This document shows positions 42,001-51,383 of a stretch of 63,130 bases of DNA, in pieces. The stretch lies in contig CAMFER010000001.1 in assembly GCA_945949485.1 (NCBI GenBank), positions 68,099 to 131,228 on the forward strand. Direction: 5' to 3'. Below the pieces are notes generated by a model. That model was not told the DNA's origin, did no database searches, and saw only the letters and a program-made list of their open reading frames with translations. Each line of letters begins with the position of its first letter. Positions within the stretch are counted from its first letter, which is position 1. The translations under genes and the position numbers were made by a program. The stretch comes from an uncultured Clostridium sp. (GTDB taxonomy: Bacteria; Bacillota; Clostridia; TANB77; CAG-508).

Positions 42001-42658
42001 TGTTATTTCCGTTTTGGTCTTTCAATTCTATCTTAGTTATCTTACCTGGTAATGTCCAATTAAATGGTCCAACTCTTACATATTCTTTTCCATCTTTAAT
42101 ATATGAATCTACTTTTAATTTCTCTTTATTCGTATTATCTTTCATTTCCATTGATTCATATTGATTTGCATAATTATCAGCAGCTGCAATTAGTTTATCA
42201 GCACCACTTAGAGTATAATATACTGGATCTGGAGAATACATTGCAAAGCTTCTATATAATCCTGCGTGATGAGCTCCAACTACATTCATCCATGTATATC
42301 CATATGCCCAAATAGCATTTTGTAGTGGTCCATGTTCTTTATCATTACCATTATCAGCAGACATTATATATGCTAATTTCGAATTTTCTTTACTTGCTAT
42401 CTGCTTTCCTGTATGGTCAGTTGAAACATTTCCATCTATTCTTACATTTGATACCACACTATATATTGTTCCATTATTAATCAATTGTAAACGTTCAAAA
42501 CAGAATATATTAGTACTACTTAAATATTGATTCATATTAACTTGTAAACTTTGCCCAACATAATATGCATTTGACGTAGTATTAAATCCTAGTACTGCTA
42601 ATATAATTATTATAAATGCTATTATCGTCTTTATTATAATTCCTTTTTTATTACTCAT
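39062..42658 (-). CDS. large cell-surface protein: putative thioester domain + SdrD-B/CnaB-like domains + C-terminal sorting signal
   Basis: Signal/TM segment N-terminus. FCFE (Cys codon 42500-42502) and LQNAIW (Gln codon 42320-42322). Two GYVWVD/GKVFLD...GV.V.L prealbumin-like domains. Tail TPSTG + hydrophobic stretch + KRK. Start at ATG 42658 follows AAAGGAGG. Confidence 0.65.
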   Translation of the reverse strand: MSNKKGIIIKTIIAFIIIILAVLGFNTTSNAYYVGQSLQVNMNQYLSSTNIFCFERLQLINNGTIYSVVSNVRIDGNVSTDHTGKQIASKENSKLAYIMSADNGNDKEHGPLQNAIWAYGYTWMNVVGAHHAGLYRSFAMYSPDPVYYTLSGADKLIAAADNYANQYESMEMKDNTNKEKLKVDSYIKDGKEYVRVGPFNWTLPGKITKIELKDQNGNNIDEVLYSSFSGNTEYWYGADGIQSNKDFYISVPLEDKITKIKSIKAEAEADVKGVNMWFLEGGYSQNLMISEPFTSKKQLNLELNDIQLSVKLSGYVWVDKISGKQSTLNGLYKDKDYDSNDILLDGITVRLKDKTNGNTERETKTANGGAYEFDNVLLGKLDDYYVEFEYDGLTYSNVIPHIDKDNGSKSAENENVRDEFNKNFSVVEGRTFDTGFTRDVNGNEKHNLAYNIDKNAHTSTLINNGQYTITANTNETGYYIKDHFTYGQEEIKYINLGLYEREQPNIALMKDIENVRVAVNGYNHTYVYSQRFLNQGEYGDGFNVGVKFGNKYGNMSYTRAIYKADYEYINENDKSKELKVYITYRLSVKNRSTTLVTEVKNIVDYYDSRYSVVAVGKGLDDVGNVANNIQYENNGAYNSEYSKITINNNSRLNAQSQEDIYVQFELNREAVINILNDGENLDNVAEINSYSVFDQNGKVYAGIDMNSNPANAIPGDTTTYQDDTDSSPALKLEVADARELTGKVFLDSTTGELMTGKVRQGSGAYEEGETGIQGVKVTLTENTGSGKVYETETDANGDFYISGYIPGDYTLTYTWGDKTYTVQNYKGTVYDSSRDQNNKEWYKQNVDTRKTDALDDYQTRLDIDKELQNIKYNTVTTIDKMNSTTPTMGIGVEYETTYTASSGDRYTYRIRNVDFGIVERARQAMDLSKRVGTFKVTLANGQVIVDTKIEEDENGNRKLTGQKSYVTYMGPSSNLEPANGFVRVELDNELIQGATVEVGYIIKATNISELDYLSENFYKYGIIEDDVVTIEPTGVIDYLDSDWGFDQDKNQDWKVVTVEEVKSLVAEVVYNSEESNLKNTTILYTEKLKGQKLEPTKSAEVTLNVSKILSTSEDIELGNETEIVEINKTGGSDLTTTPGNYVPGTGKTETDDSTAEIVIVTPSTGANYNFIIPIAIGIGALVILGVGIYLIKRKTLNK

Positions 42659-42683
42659 TTTTCTAACCTCCTTTCTTCCTAAA

Positions 42684-45600
42684 TTATTTATCACCTAATT
42701 GTTTTTTCTTCTTTATGATTACTACTGCTACTACTGCTAAGATTGCTACTATTATTATAGCTATTGTTGTGTATAAAACAGCACCAGTTCTAATACTTAT
42801 AATTACTTCTGCCATTCCCATGTCATTTTCACCATTTAAATTATTTTCTGGAGTAGAATTACTGTCTAATAATCCTAATTCGTTATAGTCTTCAGCAATC
42901 TCTGCTGTATTTGGTATTAATCCTGTGTTGTTTTCATTCATCACCTTAGTTAGTGTTAATGTTATCTCTTTTGTTTCACCTGGATTGATTATTTCATTTG
43001 CTAACTTTGTACTATATATAGTATTTCCTACTTGATACCAGTCTTTATTTAATTCAGAAGTGAATTTAAGTTCTGTTGACATATAGTCCGCTATCTTTCT
43101 TGCATATCCTGCTACTTCACCATTGTTTGTTACAACTATCTTATATTCTATAATTACATTTGTTCCATTTAGTTTTTTAGCATCTAATTCAAACTTAGCT
43201 GTAGTTTCATTGTCATATTCTTTAACTGTAGTTCCATTACTATCTTGTATAACTATTTTGCTTACATATTTATCTAATTTCAAATCATAATTTTTAAGTT
43301 GTATCAAACCTAAATTAATATCAGATATATTTCCATCTTTTATCTCTAATATATCAGTTGCTGCAACATTTTTAGTTTCACCATTTATTGTTAAATCACT
43401 TAACATTACATCTGAATTATTTGTTTCTGATACACCTTCAACTTTATATTTTGTAATTCCGTATTTAGTTGTATCATAATCAAATACTACGATATATTTT
43501 CCATTTCCTATCTTGTCTAAAATATATACCCCATTTTCATTTGTTGTTACTTCTAATGTATTTCCATTAATATCTCTAACAAGATTATTTGTCTCTACAT
43601 TTAATAGTCTTACTTTTATATTTGATAAAGTACTTTCATTAGAATCTTTTTGTCCATTTGCATTTTCATCATACCAAGCAACACCTGTTATTGTTCTATT
43701 TCCTTGAGCTATATCATTATCTGGTACGTTGTTATCTCCTTCATCTACATTTCCATCATTTGATTGTATAATATGACTTATTTCTGATGTTCTTGCTATT
43801 TCTTCTCCGTATCTTTCTGCTGTAGCAACATTTGTTATCGCTTCTGACTCATCTCTATCTGCTGAATAATCAACTGTTGTAAGGATTTTTATTGTAGTAG
43901 TTTGTCCTGCAGCAATATCATATGAAATTTTTAAATTATTGCCTTGTACTTGTCCCATATCTTGTCCGTCAACAGTTACTTTATTTATTGTTAATTGACT
44001 TGGAACATTATCAGATATTGTTAATCCTGATGTTTTTGAAGAAGATTTGTTTTCTACTGTTATTGTATATTCTATTTGATCTCTAGTTTTTACATATTTA
44101 TTATCTGGAGTAGCTGTCATATTTAATAATATGCTTGTCTTATTAACAGTAGATTGTAAACTATTTGATCTGTATTCTGTATTTTGCTTATCTAAAGCTA
44201 TTACATCTGAATACATTCTATCACTATTAGTTAATTTATTAATAGTAATGTCGTAGCTTATTACTTTATTTTCCCCTGGTTCTAGTGAACCAATATCTAT
44301 TTCATCATTATATTCGATTTCTTCTGTTTTAAGTTCATTTTCTTGAATAGTTAATTCTTCTTCTGTTATTTCTCTTGGTTCTTCGTTTGTAGTTTTTCCT
44401 GAACCTGGTTCATATAAGTCATCATCTGATACATCATTTTTCTTCATTCCTGTTATCAACATTGTTCTTTCAACTGTAACACCTTCTGGTATATTAGTTC
44501 TTACTTTTACATTATCTTGTCTTTCATTAGAAATATTTTCTATAATTGCATAATATTGAACTACTCCACCTTCAGTTATTTCTAGTCTTGTATCTGTAAC
44601 TTGTTTTACTGTTGCTCTTAAAGTAGCCCCAGCTGTAGTATATGTGATTTCATTTGTTTGTTTTGATGTATCACCATAATCTACTTCTGCTTTATTTACC
44701 AAATTTGTTCCTGCTACTGTATCTGTTTTTACTCTTACTTCAAACTCTTTGTAAATACTTTCTCCTGATTTTAAATTTTCAATAGTTGTTTCATATGTTT
44801 TATTATCTAATTCTTTATAATATGAAACTCCTGTATATTCAAAATTTTCTTCAGGCTCTACTAGTACTGTTCCTTCTGGTATATTCGATTTTATAGATAT
44901 ATTTCCAGTATCTGCTGTTCCTGTATTAGAAACTTCTACTCTGTATTTTATTACTTCTCCATTTCTAACTGTTCCTGTGGCTTCTTTTCCACCTATGAAT
45001 CCAGTAAGTTTTGTTTCAATGTTTGGTCCTATTCCTGTTTGTAATTTTAAATCTGTTGCCTTTATTTCCCCAGAAACTTTAGTTTGACTATTTGTATATA
45101 TAACTTTGTATCCTATTGTCGCCTCTTTGTTATATTCTAGATTTGCTGGTATTTTAATTTTATGCTTTAATACTACACTTTGTCCAACGTCTATATTATC
45201 TATCTGTACTAAATATTTCTTAGCTTTAGAAATATCTAAAGAATCTGTCCAACCATTATCTTTGTTATTTAAATCTTCTTTTGCATTTTCATTTTCTGTA
45301 TAGTATATTTTAACATTTGCTGTTTCAGCAGTTAAACCTTCTATAACTGTTGCTCCCATATTATTTTTATTACTGTCTGTTACTAAAGTTCCTAACACTT
45401 TTACATTCTCAATTGCAGAATCTGCATTATTTATTATTTCAGATTTAACTTCTGATTGTTTTTCTTTTACTCCTCTTTCTAGCATTACATCTTTTGAATC
45501 TTCTTGTCCAAATGTCTCTATTGATAATTCTTCAATACTATTAATTGCTGTTATATCTTTTGGAGCTACTATTTTTATATTAGTAGATGCACTGCCATTA

Positions 45601-47561
45601 TTTTCATAGTTCACTGCTTTTTCATTTGAATATGTTAAATTAATTTTTTCTTCACTTGTTGCAGATTTTTTATTAACAGATGCAGTTAAATTGACAATTA
45701 TATTTGTTCCCTCTACTGTTTCTTCATTATATGCTGTTTGTTCTCCTTGTAAGTATATTTTTATATTTCTTCCATTAATTTCATAATTTTTAAGTTCTAA
45801 TCCATTTCCATATAATATATCAACACTAGAAACTTCTGCACTTTCAACTTGTTCTGGTAACTCAATTGTTAGTGTAGGATTCTTAAATAATTCATATTGT
45901 TCACTATTTGTTTTTAAAATCGCTTTTATTTGTAAATCATTTTTTGTAACTGTTGATAATGTATCTTTATTTGTTTCTATTCTTGCCTCTGTTTTTGATT
46001 CTTGTAAATCAATTTTTGAAACAGTTTCTTTTTTGCTTCCTTCTGTAAATGATTCATTACCTTCCATATTATATTCAGCTGTTATATTTGTCTCTATTTG
46101 AGTTGCTGATTTTACAATATCTGCTTCAGAAGCTTTTATTGTTTTTGTATGTTTAAATTTCAATTTTCCTTCTGAAGTTGGTGTAGAAAGTCTTATTTGT
46201 AATGCTGATGGTTCTTTTCCTGTATAATCAATTACAAAATTTCCATTCTCATCAACTTGACTATCTTTTGTTATTTTAGCCAATGACTCATTATTTTGAT
46301 TGTATATTTCTACACTTCCATTATCGCCTAAAACTTTTGTAAATTCTTCTTTGCTAATTATAGTTTTATTATATACAACATTTGCACTTTGTTGATTTTC
46401 TCCGTTAGTATATACTGGCTGATTTTCTACAACTTTGATATAATCTATTGGTTTAGCAAAATTAACATCAACATATGTATCTGTTACATATTGTCTATCA
46501 ATTTTAGAATATATTTTTCCTTTGAAAATGCTTGTCTCATTGTTTGATGATTTTATAGCTATTGTTTCATCTATATTTTCATCAATAAAACTCATATTTA
46601 CTTTTAAAGATAACTCTGCTTTATCATATAAATATACTTTTTCTTCTGATGAAATTCTAGCATCTTTAATATTAGCATCTTTACTATAAATACATGTTAA
46701 TATAACATTCTCATTTCCATAAGTTTTCCAATTTACTTTGTTTTGGTCATTTGCTTCATTTTTCATATTAAATGTTACAACACCATTTTCATACTTGTAA
46801 TCCCATTTATTAATGTTATTCACATTAACAACTTTTACGACTTCAGGAAATTCTCCATTAATCTCTGGTAAATTCAAAGTTGATTGTATTTCACTTATTG
46901 GATAATTATTTTCTTTTAATCCCATATTCCATGAAAATTGTACTACTCTTTTTTCTTCACCATCAATCTTTTGAATTTTATTTGTTATCAATTTAATTTC
47001 ATTAAGTACACTATCTCCTGTGTTACTTTCTGTCATCTTTAATTTAATTTCTCTCTTTGATGTTATTTCAATGTCTTTTTGCGAACTATCTCTATAAATA
47101 CCATTGATTTTTGCTGTTGTAACACAATCTAATAAACCTATATCATAAAATTCATCTTTTATAGGCTCTATCTTTATTTTGATTTCAGCTGTTGTTCCAG
47201 CATTTATTTGATTAAGGTAGATTGTATTTCCATCTATTTTATTTATAAAATCACTTTCATAATCTTTTAAAATAAAATTATTATTTTCAAGTGATATATT
47301 GCCATTAAAATACCCTTCCTTTTTTACATTTATTTTAATATATAGATATGTATCTACATTTGAAAATTCTCTTTCTAGATTGTCAGATTTATTTCCATTT
47401 TCATCTTCGAATCCAATTTCAAATTCAACATTTTTGTTATTAGTAGAAACATCTTCTGCAGCATATGTAACAAGTCCCGCTCCCACAAACACAAAATTTG
47501 TCATTGTCATTGTCAATATTAATATTGTCGCTATACATATTTTTAAAATTTTACTTTTCAT
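42684..47561 (-). CDS. giant (1625 aa) cell-surface protein with DUF11-type repeats, an SdrD-B-like domain and a C-terminal sorting signal
   Basis: Signal peptide. Repeated ...N(T/I)G..(x)...(I/V)...IPEG(T/V) DUF11-like units. GVAWYDENANGQKD...IKVRLLN domain. Tail SIRTG + hydrophobic stretch + KKKK. AGGAGG RBS. Confidence 0.65.
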   Translation of the reverse strand: MKSKILKICIATILILTMTMTNFVFVGAGLVTYAAEDVSTNNKNVEFEIGFEDENGNKSDNLEREFSNVDTYLYIKINVKKEGYFNGNISLENNNFILKDYESDFINKIDGNTIYLNQINAGTTAEIKIKIEPIKDEFYDIGLLDCVTTAKINGIYRDSSQKDIEITSKREIKLKMTESNTGDSVLNEIKLITNKIQKIDGEEKRVVQFSWNMGLKENNYPISEIQSTLNLPEINGEFPEVVKVVNVNNINKWDYKYENGVVTFNMKNEANDQNKVNWKTYGNENVILTCIYSKDANIKDARISSEEKVYLYDKAELSLKVNMSFIDENIDETIAIKSSNNETSIFKGKIYSKIDRQYVTDTYVDVNFAKPIDYIKVVENQPVYTNGENQQSANVVYNKTIISKEEFTKVLGDNGSVEIYNQNNESLAKITKDSQVDENGNFVIDYTGKEPSALQIRLSTPTSEGKLKFKHTKTIKASEADIVKSATQIETNITAEYNMEGNESFTEGSKKETVSKIDLQESKTEARIETNKDTLSTVTKNDLQIKAILKTNSEQYELFKNPTLTIELPEQVESAEVSSVDILYGNGLELKNYEINGRNIKIYLQGEQTAYNEETVEGTNIIVNLTASVNKKSATSEEKINLTYSNEKAVNYENNGSASTNIKIVAPKDITAINSIEELSIETFGQEDSKDVMLERGVKEKQSEVKSEIINNADSAIENVKVLGTLVTDSNKNNMGATVIEGLTAETANVKIYYTENENAKEDLNNKDNGWTDSLDISKAKKYLVQIDNIDVGQSVVLKHKIKIPANLEYNKEATIGYKVIYTNSQTKVSGEIKATDLKLQTGIGPNIETKLTGFIGGKEATGTVRNGEVIKYRVEVSNTGTADTGNISIKSNIPEGTVLVEPEENFEYTGVSYYKELDNKTYETTIENLKSGESIYKEFEVRVKTDTVAGTNLVNKAEVDYGDTSKQTNEITYTTAGATLRATVKQVTDTRLEITEGGVVQYYAIIENISNERQDNVKVRTNIPEGVTVERTMLITGMKKNDVSDDDLYEPGSGKTTNEEPREITEEELTIQENELKTEEIEYNDEIDIGSLEPGENKVISYDITINKLTNSDRMYSDVIALDKQNTEYRSNSLQSTVNKTSILLNMTATPDNKYVKTRDQIEYTITVENKSSSKTSGLTISDNVPSQLTINKVTVDGQDMGQVQGNNLKISYDIAAGQTTTIKILTTVDYSADRDESEAITNVATAERYGEEIARTSEISHIIQSNDGNVDEGDNNVPDNDIAQGNRTITGVAWYDENANGQKDSNESTLSNIKVRLLNVETNNLVRDINGNTLEVTTNENGVYILDKIGNGKYIVVFDYDTTKYGITKYKVEGVSETNNSDVMLSDLTINGETKNVAATDILEIKDGNISDINLGLIQLKNYDLKLDKYVSKIVIQDSNGTTVKEYDNETTAKFELDAKKLNGTNVIIEYKIVVTNNGEVAGYARKIADYMSTELKFTSELNKDWYQVGNTIYSTKLANEIINPGETKEITLTLTKVMNENNTGLIPNTAEIAEDYNELGLLDSNSTPENNLNGENDMGMAEVIISIRTGAVLYTTIAIIIVAILAVVAVVIIKKKKQLGDK

Positions 47562-47606
47562 AATAGCCTCCTTAAATTACAATTAATTACAATAGCTCTA
47601 TAATAT

Positions 47607-47635
47607 ATTATAACGTTTTTTCCTTATTTTTTCAA
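47607..47635 (-). promoter_or_regulatory. consensus sigma-A promoter for the surface-protein operon
   Basis: TTGAAA (47635-47630), 17-nt spacer, TATAAT (47612-47607). Lies about 45 nt upstream of the ATG. Confidence 0.55.
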
Positions 47636-47770
47636 CTGTTTCCGTCTCTTTTTCCTCTTTTTTTATTCTTTTTAATAAAATTTAATTAAAATGTAACCTT
47701 TTTTTGATAAATTCATACTATATTACATAGAATTAATCTTTACAGAATATATTGTATAGAGGTGATTTAA

Positions 47771-48202
47771 TTGGATAATATGAATTTTGACGCAAACGCT
47801 ATTAATAAATTAAAAGATATGATGAACAAAGGAGAATTAAATGATGTTATATCTCAAATTTCCCCTGATATGATAAAAAATTTCTCTTCAATGATGAATT
47901 CAAATAATAACTCTAATGGCAACGAACAAGAAAGTCATAAGTCTTCAAATCATAGCAATTCTAATAATAGCAATAATTTTGATTTTAGCAATCTTGATAT
48001 CAATACAATTCTAAAAATGAAATCTGTCATGGAAAAATTAAATAATAAAAATGATCCTAGATATAATTTATTAAACTCTCTAAAACCATATTTAAGAGAT
48101 GAAAAAAAAAATAAAATAGATCAATATGCTAACCTTCTTAATATAGCCAAGATAACAGAAATTTTTAACTCTGATAACAAGGAGAATAATAATGATATAT
48201 AA
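47771..48202 (+). CDS. hypothetical protein with Asn/Ser-rich low-complexity centre
   Basis: 143 aa. TTG start 6 nt after GAGGTG. C-terminal block LNSLKPYLRDEKKNKIDQYANLLNIAKI. Confidence 0.5.
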   Translation: MDNMNFDANAINKLKDMMNKGELNDVISQISPDMIKNFSSMMNSNNNSNGNEQESHKSSNHSNSNNSNNFDFSNLDINTILKMKSVMEKLNNKNDPRYNLLNSLKPYLRDEKKNKIDQYANLLNIAKITEIFNSDNKENNNDI

Positions 48203-48554
48203 TTTTCCTTTTGGAAGATTTTCTTATGGAAGATATTATAGATATAACAACTATTTTCCGTATGATAATCAAGTCAAAAACAGCAAAAATATATCAAATT
48301 CTAATACAGATATAATTAAAAAAGATTCCGAATATGAAGAAAAATCATCTAGATATAACAATTCTTCAAATTTCAATTTTATAAACTTTGATAATTTGTT
48401 TTCATCAAATATCAATGAGCCAATAATTGAAATTTTTGGAATCAAATTATATCTAGATGATCTTATTATACTTTCTATATTATTTTTCTTATATAAAGAA
48501 GGTGTACAAGATGAATTATTATTTATCTCTTTGATTTTATTATTACTAAGCTGA
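48192..48554 (+). CDS. hypothetical protein with C-terminal hydrophobic segment
   Basis: 120 aa. The ATG overlaps the upstream stop (ATGATATATAA). Tail LIILSILFFLY...LFISLILLLLS. Confidence 0.45.
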   Translation: MIYNFPFGRFSYGRYYRYNNYFPYDNQVKNSKNISNSNTDIIKKDSEYEEKSSRYNNSSNFNFINFDNLFSSNINEPIIEIFGIKLYLDDLIILSILFFLYKEGVQDELLFISLILLLLS

Positions 48555-48566
48555 ACCTTTGCATTA

Positions 48567-49178
48567 TTATTCAATAATAATTTGATCATTTTCAACACTA
48601 ACATATGCTTGTTTATGCATTGGTTCTTCATCTCTATCTATTTCTTTAACTATGTTTGCAATCCTTATTTGAACAGTATCTAATAATCCTGCTGAAATTA
48701 TTGCTTGCTTATTTCCTTTTGCTCCGGCATGAGCAAGTCCTCTCAAATTACCTAGCACAACTATATTATCTGATGCTATAACTTCTGCACCTGAATTAAC
48801 ATCTCCCAATATTACTAAACTTCCATCAGATTCTAATTTTTGCCCTGAACGTAAAGAACCTCTATGAAATTTAGTTTCTGAAACAGTTATTTTTTTATCA
48901 AAAGTTTTCTTAATACTGTATAATCCCAGGGTCTTAGGCGTATCAAATTCAACATCAACATCTATTTTTTCTTGTATTATTTCTTGTATTTCATCAATCT
49001 CTCTATTCTTCAACACTTTTCCTGTAACTCTTATTGGTGTTTTTTCATCTTTATATAATTTTTTTAATTCTTGTAATTTCTTTTTCAATCCTTCTATAAT
49101 ATCATTTCTTTCAGCATCTTCGTTTAATTTAATTAAAATCTCATCTTTTTTTAGGTTTATACTAACATAATTTTTCAT
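48567..49178 (-). CDS. minC: septum site-determining protein MinC
   Basis: 203 aa. C-terminal beta-helix block RSGQKLESDGSLVILGDVNSGAEVIASDNIVVLGNLRGLAHAG. Confidence 0.85.
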   Translation of the reverse strand: MKNYVSINLKKDEILIKLNEDAERNDIIEGLKKKLQELKKLYKDEKTPIRVTGKVLKNREIDEIQEIIQEKIDVDVEFDTPKTLGLYSIKKTFDKKITVSETKFHRGSLRSGQKLESDGSLVILGDVNSGAEVIASDNIVVLGNLRGLAHAGAKGNKQAIISAGLLDTVQIRIANIVKEIDRDEEPMHKQAYVSVENDQIIIE

Positions 49179-49208
49179 TTACACATCCTCCAATTTTGCC
49201 AACACTTT

Positions 49209-51335
49209 TTACGACATAATCTCTACATATGGCATTGCAGTCATATCTTCTTCCACATTTTGTGTATTCATTCCAAAGTATTCAGCCATTATATCTCTTA
49301 CAACTTCTGCTGTATAATTTCCATGTCCACCATTTTCAACCATAACTACTATTGCAATTTCTGGATTTTCAAATGGTGCAAATCCAACAAACCATGCATG
49401 TACAATATCATTTCCATTAGCATCTTTTCCTGCTTCTGCTGAACCTGTTTTTCCACCTACACTTATATTAAAATCTTTAAATCTAACATAAGCCGTACCG
49501 CCTTCATCCATGGCTACAGATTTCATACCTTCTAATACTGCATTTAAATTTTGTTGTTGTATTTGTAAATCCTCAGTTGTATCTTCTTCTAGGCCTAATT
49601 TCTGATTTACAAATTTATTTATTTCATCTTTTGATACTTCTGTTCCATCAGCATTTCTGATAGTTTTTACTATACTAACATCTATCTTTTTTCCACCATT
49701 TGTAAGCATACTAATATATCTTGCCATTTGTAATGGGCTAAATGAATTATCCCCTTGTCCTATAGCTGCCTGTAATGTATCTCCCGGATGCCAAGTAGGA
49801 TCATCTGTATGTAATTTTTGTTTTGTTTCTCTACTAGCTAATTGCCCAGAAGTTTCACTTGGTAATTCTATTCCTGTTTTTCCACCTAATCCGAAATATT
49901 TAGCAAACTTAGATAATGTATCTATTCCCATTCTATCTGAAGTTTCATAGAAGAAATAGTTACAAGATTTTTCGATTGCTCCTGAAACATCAAGCCACCC
50001 ATGTCCTCTTCCATAATCTGAATAATACCAACATTTAGGTTGATAGTCACTATATTTTCTATATACACCAACATCATTTATTTTAGTTGTTGTATCAATA
50101 ACTCCTGATTCTAATCCAGCAATTGCAGTTATCATCTTAAACGTTGAACCTGGAGAATATGAATTTTGTATCGCCTTGTTTAATAATGGTTTTGCCTCAT
50201 TATTTATATAACTATTCCAAGCCTCATTACTAATTCCTCCAACAAAATCTGCCGGATTATAATTTGGATAACTTGCCATAGCTAAAACCTCACCTGTGTT
50301 AACATCCATTACAACACAAGCTCCAGCTTTAGCATCAAATCTTTCTCCAAATCCACCACTTGCAATTTTATTTATATTATTTTCTAATGAAGTCTCTGCC
50401 ACTTTTTGTAAATTAGCATCTATTGTTAAAACAATATCAGATCCAGCTATTGCTTCTTCTGCTGTATATTCTCCTGTTATTGTTCCTTCAACATCCATAT
50501 CAATTTGTTTGACTCCATTTTTTCCTTTTAAATATTCTTCAAAAACATATTCTATTCCTGATTTTCCTATAATATCATTTTGTGAATATGTGCTTTTTTT
50601 CGTTTCATACTCTTCTGAACTTATTTGTGCTGCATATCCCAAAATATGTGAAGCAAGTGTTCCTGATGTATATTTTCTTACTGGTTTTACAACTATATTA
50701 GTTCCTGAAAACTTTTCAGAACTTTCACTAAATTCCGCAACTGCTTCTCTTGGAATATTTTCAGCTATAGTCACAGCTTTTGTACTACTATATCCATTTG
50801 TAGCAAGTTCATATCTTATTGAAATTATTTTTCTAACTTGTTCAATATCGTCATTTGTTATCTCATATTTTTGTTTAAATTTATTAAATGCTTCCTCAGC
50901 AGTTATATTCTCATCGAAATTATTATCTTCTTTCCACTTAGTTAATGTATCACCGGATATTGTAAATTGATATGGGTTTATGGAAATAGGAAAAGAATCC
51001 ACGTAAGAAACTCCATATTTTTCTAAAACTCCTATCATATTTAATATATCTTGATTTAATGTTGCTGTATCAACTTTTGTTTTATACATTTCTAAAGAAA
51101 ACTCCGCATCAGATGAAACTAGTTCTGCACCTGTCCTATCTAAAATTGTGCCTCTTGCTGCTTCTATAGTACTTTCTCTTGATAATCTAGTATTTGATTG
51201 TTCTCTATATTCCGCTCCATGTATTATCTGAAGGTTAAATAATTGAGCTATCAAGACAATTCCTACTAAATATGTTAGCACCGTTAATATATTAAATCTA
51301 AAATTAATATTGGCTCTTTTTCTTTCTTTTCTCAA
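49209..51335 (-). CDS. mrdA: penicillin-binding protein 2 (elongation-specific transpeptidase)
   Basis: N-terminal TM segment, SxxK (STFK), SxN and KTGS/KTG motifs. Lies between mreD and minC. Confidence 0.85.
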   Translation of the reverse strand: MRKERKRANINFRFNILTVLTYLVGIVLIAQLFNLQIIHGAEYREQSNTRLSRESTIEAARGTILDRTGAELVSSDAEFSLEMYKTKVDTATLNQDILNMIGVLEKYGVSYVDSFPISINPYQFTISGDTLTKWKEDNNFDENITAEEAFNKFKQKYEITNDDIEQVRKIISIRYELATNGYSSTKAVTIAENIPREAVAEFSESSEKFSGTNIVVKPVRKYTSGTLASHILGYAAQISSEEYETKKSTYSQNDIIGKSGIEYVFEEYLKGKNGVKQIDMDVEGTITGEYTAEEAIAGSDIVLTIDANLQKVAETSLENNINKIASGGFGERFDAKAGACVVMDVNTGEVLAMASYPNYNPADFVGGISNEAWNSYINNEAKPLLNKAIQNSYSPGSTFKMITAIAGLESGVIDTTTKINDVGVYRKYSDYQPKCWYYSDYGRGHGWLDVSGAIEKSCNYFFYETSDRMGIDTLSKFAKYFGLGGKTGIELPSETSGQLASRETKQKLHTDDPTWHPGDTLQAAIGQGDNSFSPLQMARYISMLTNGGKKIDVSIVKTIRNADGTEVSKDEINKFVNQKLGLEEDTTEDLQIQQQNLNAVLEGMKSVAMDEGGTAYVRFKDFNISVGGKTGSAEAGKDANGNDIVHAWFVGFAPFENPEIAIVVMVENGGHGNYTAEVVRDIMAEYFGMNTQNVEEDMTAMPYVEIMS

Positions 51336-51383
51336 ATTTAACCTCCTTTCTATATCATGTTACTATTTATTTAAATTCAATTT

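Noticed and set aside
48269-48631. 120-aa minus-strand ORF overlapping both the 48192-48554 plus-strand gene and the 3' end of minC.
   Set aside because: It has no RBS, a low-complexity translation, and overlaps two better-supported genes.
50296-50970. Long ORFs antisense to real genes. Examples: 50296-50970 (224 aa), 37721-38278, 36524-37042, 21912-22337, 15017-15424, 17260-17625, 52365-52787, 53458-53823, 56638-57042, 1991-2368.
   Set aside because: All lie fully inside strongly supported genes on the opposite strand. They translate to low-complexity F/L/I/S-rich sequence and lack RBSs. They are typical shadow ORFs of codon-biased genes.
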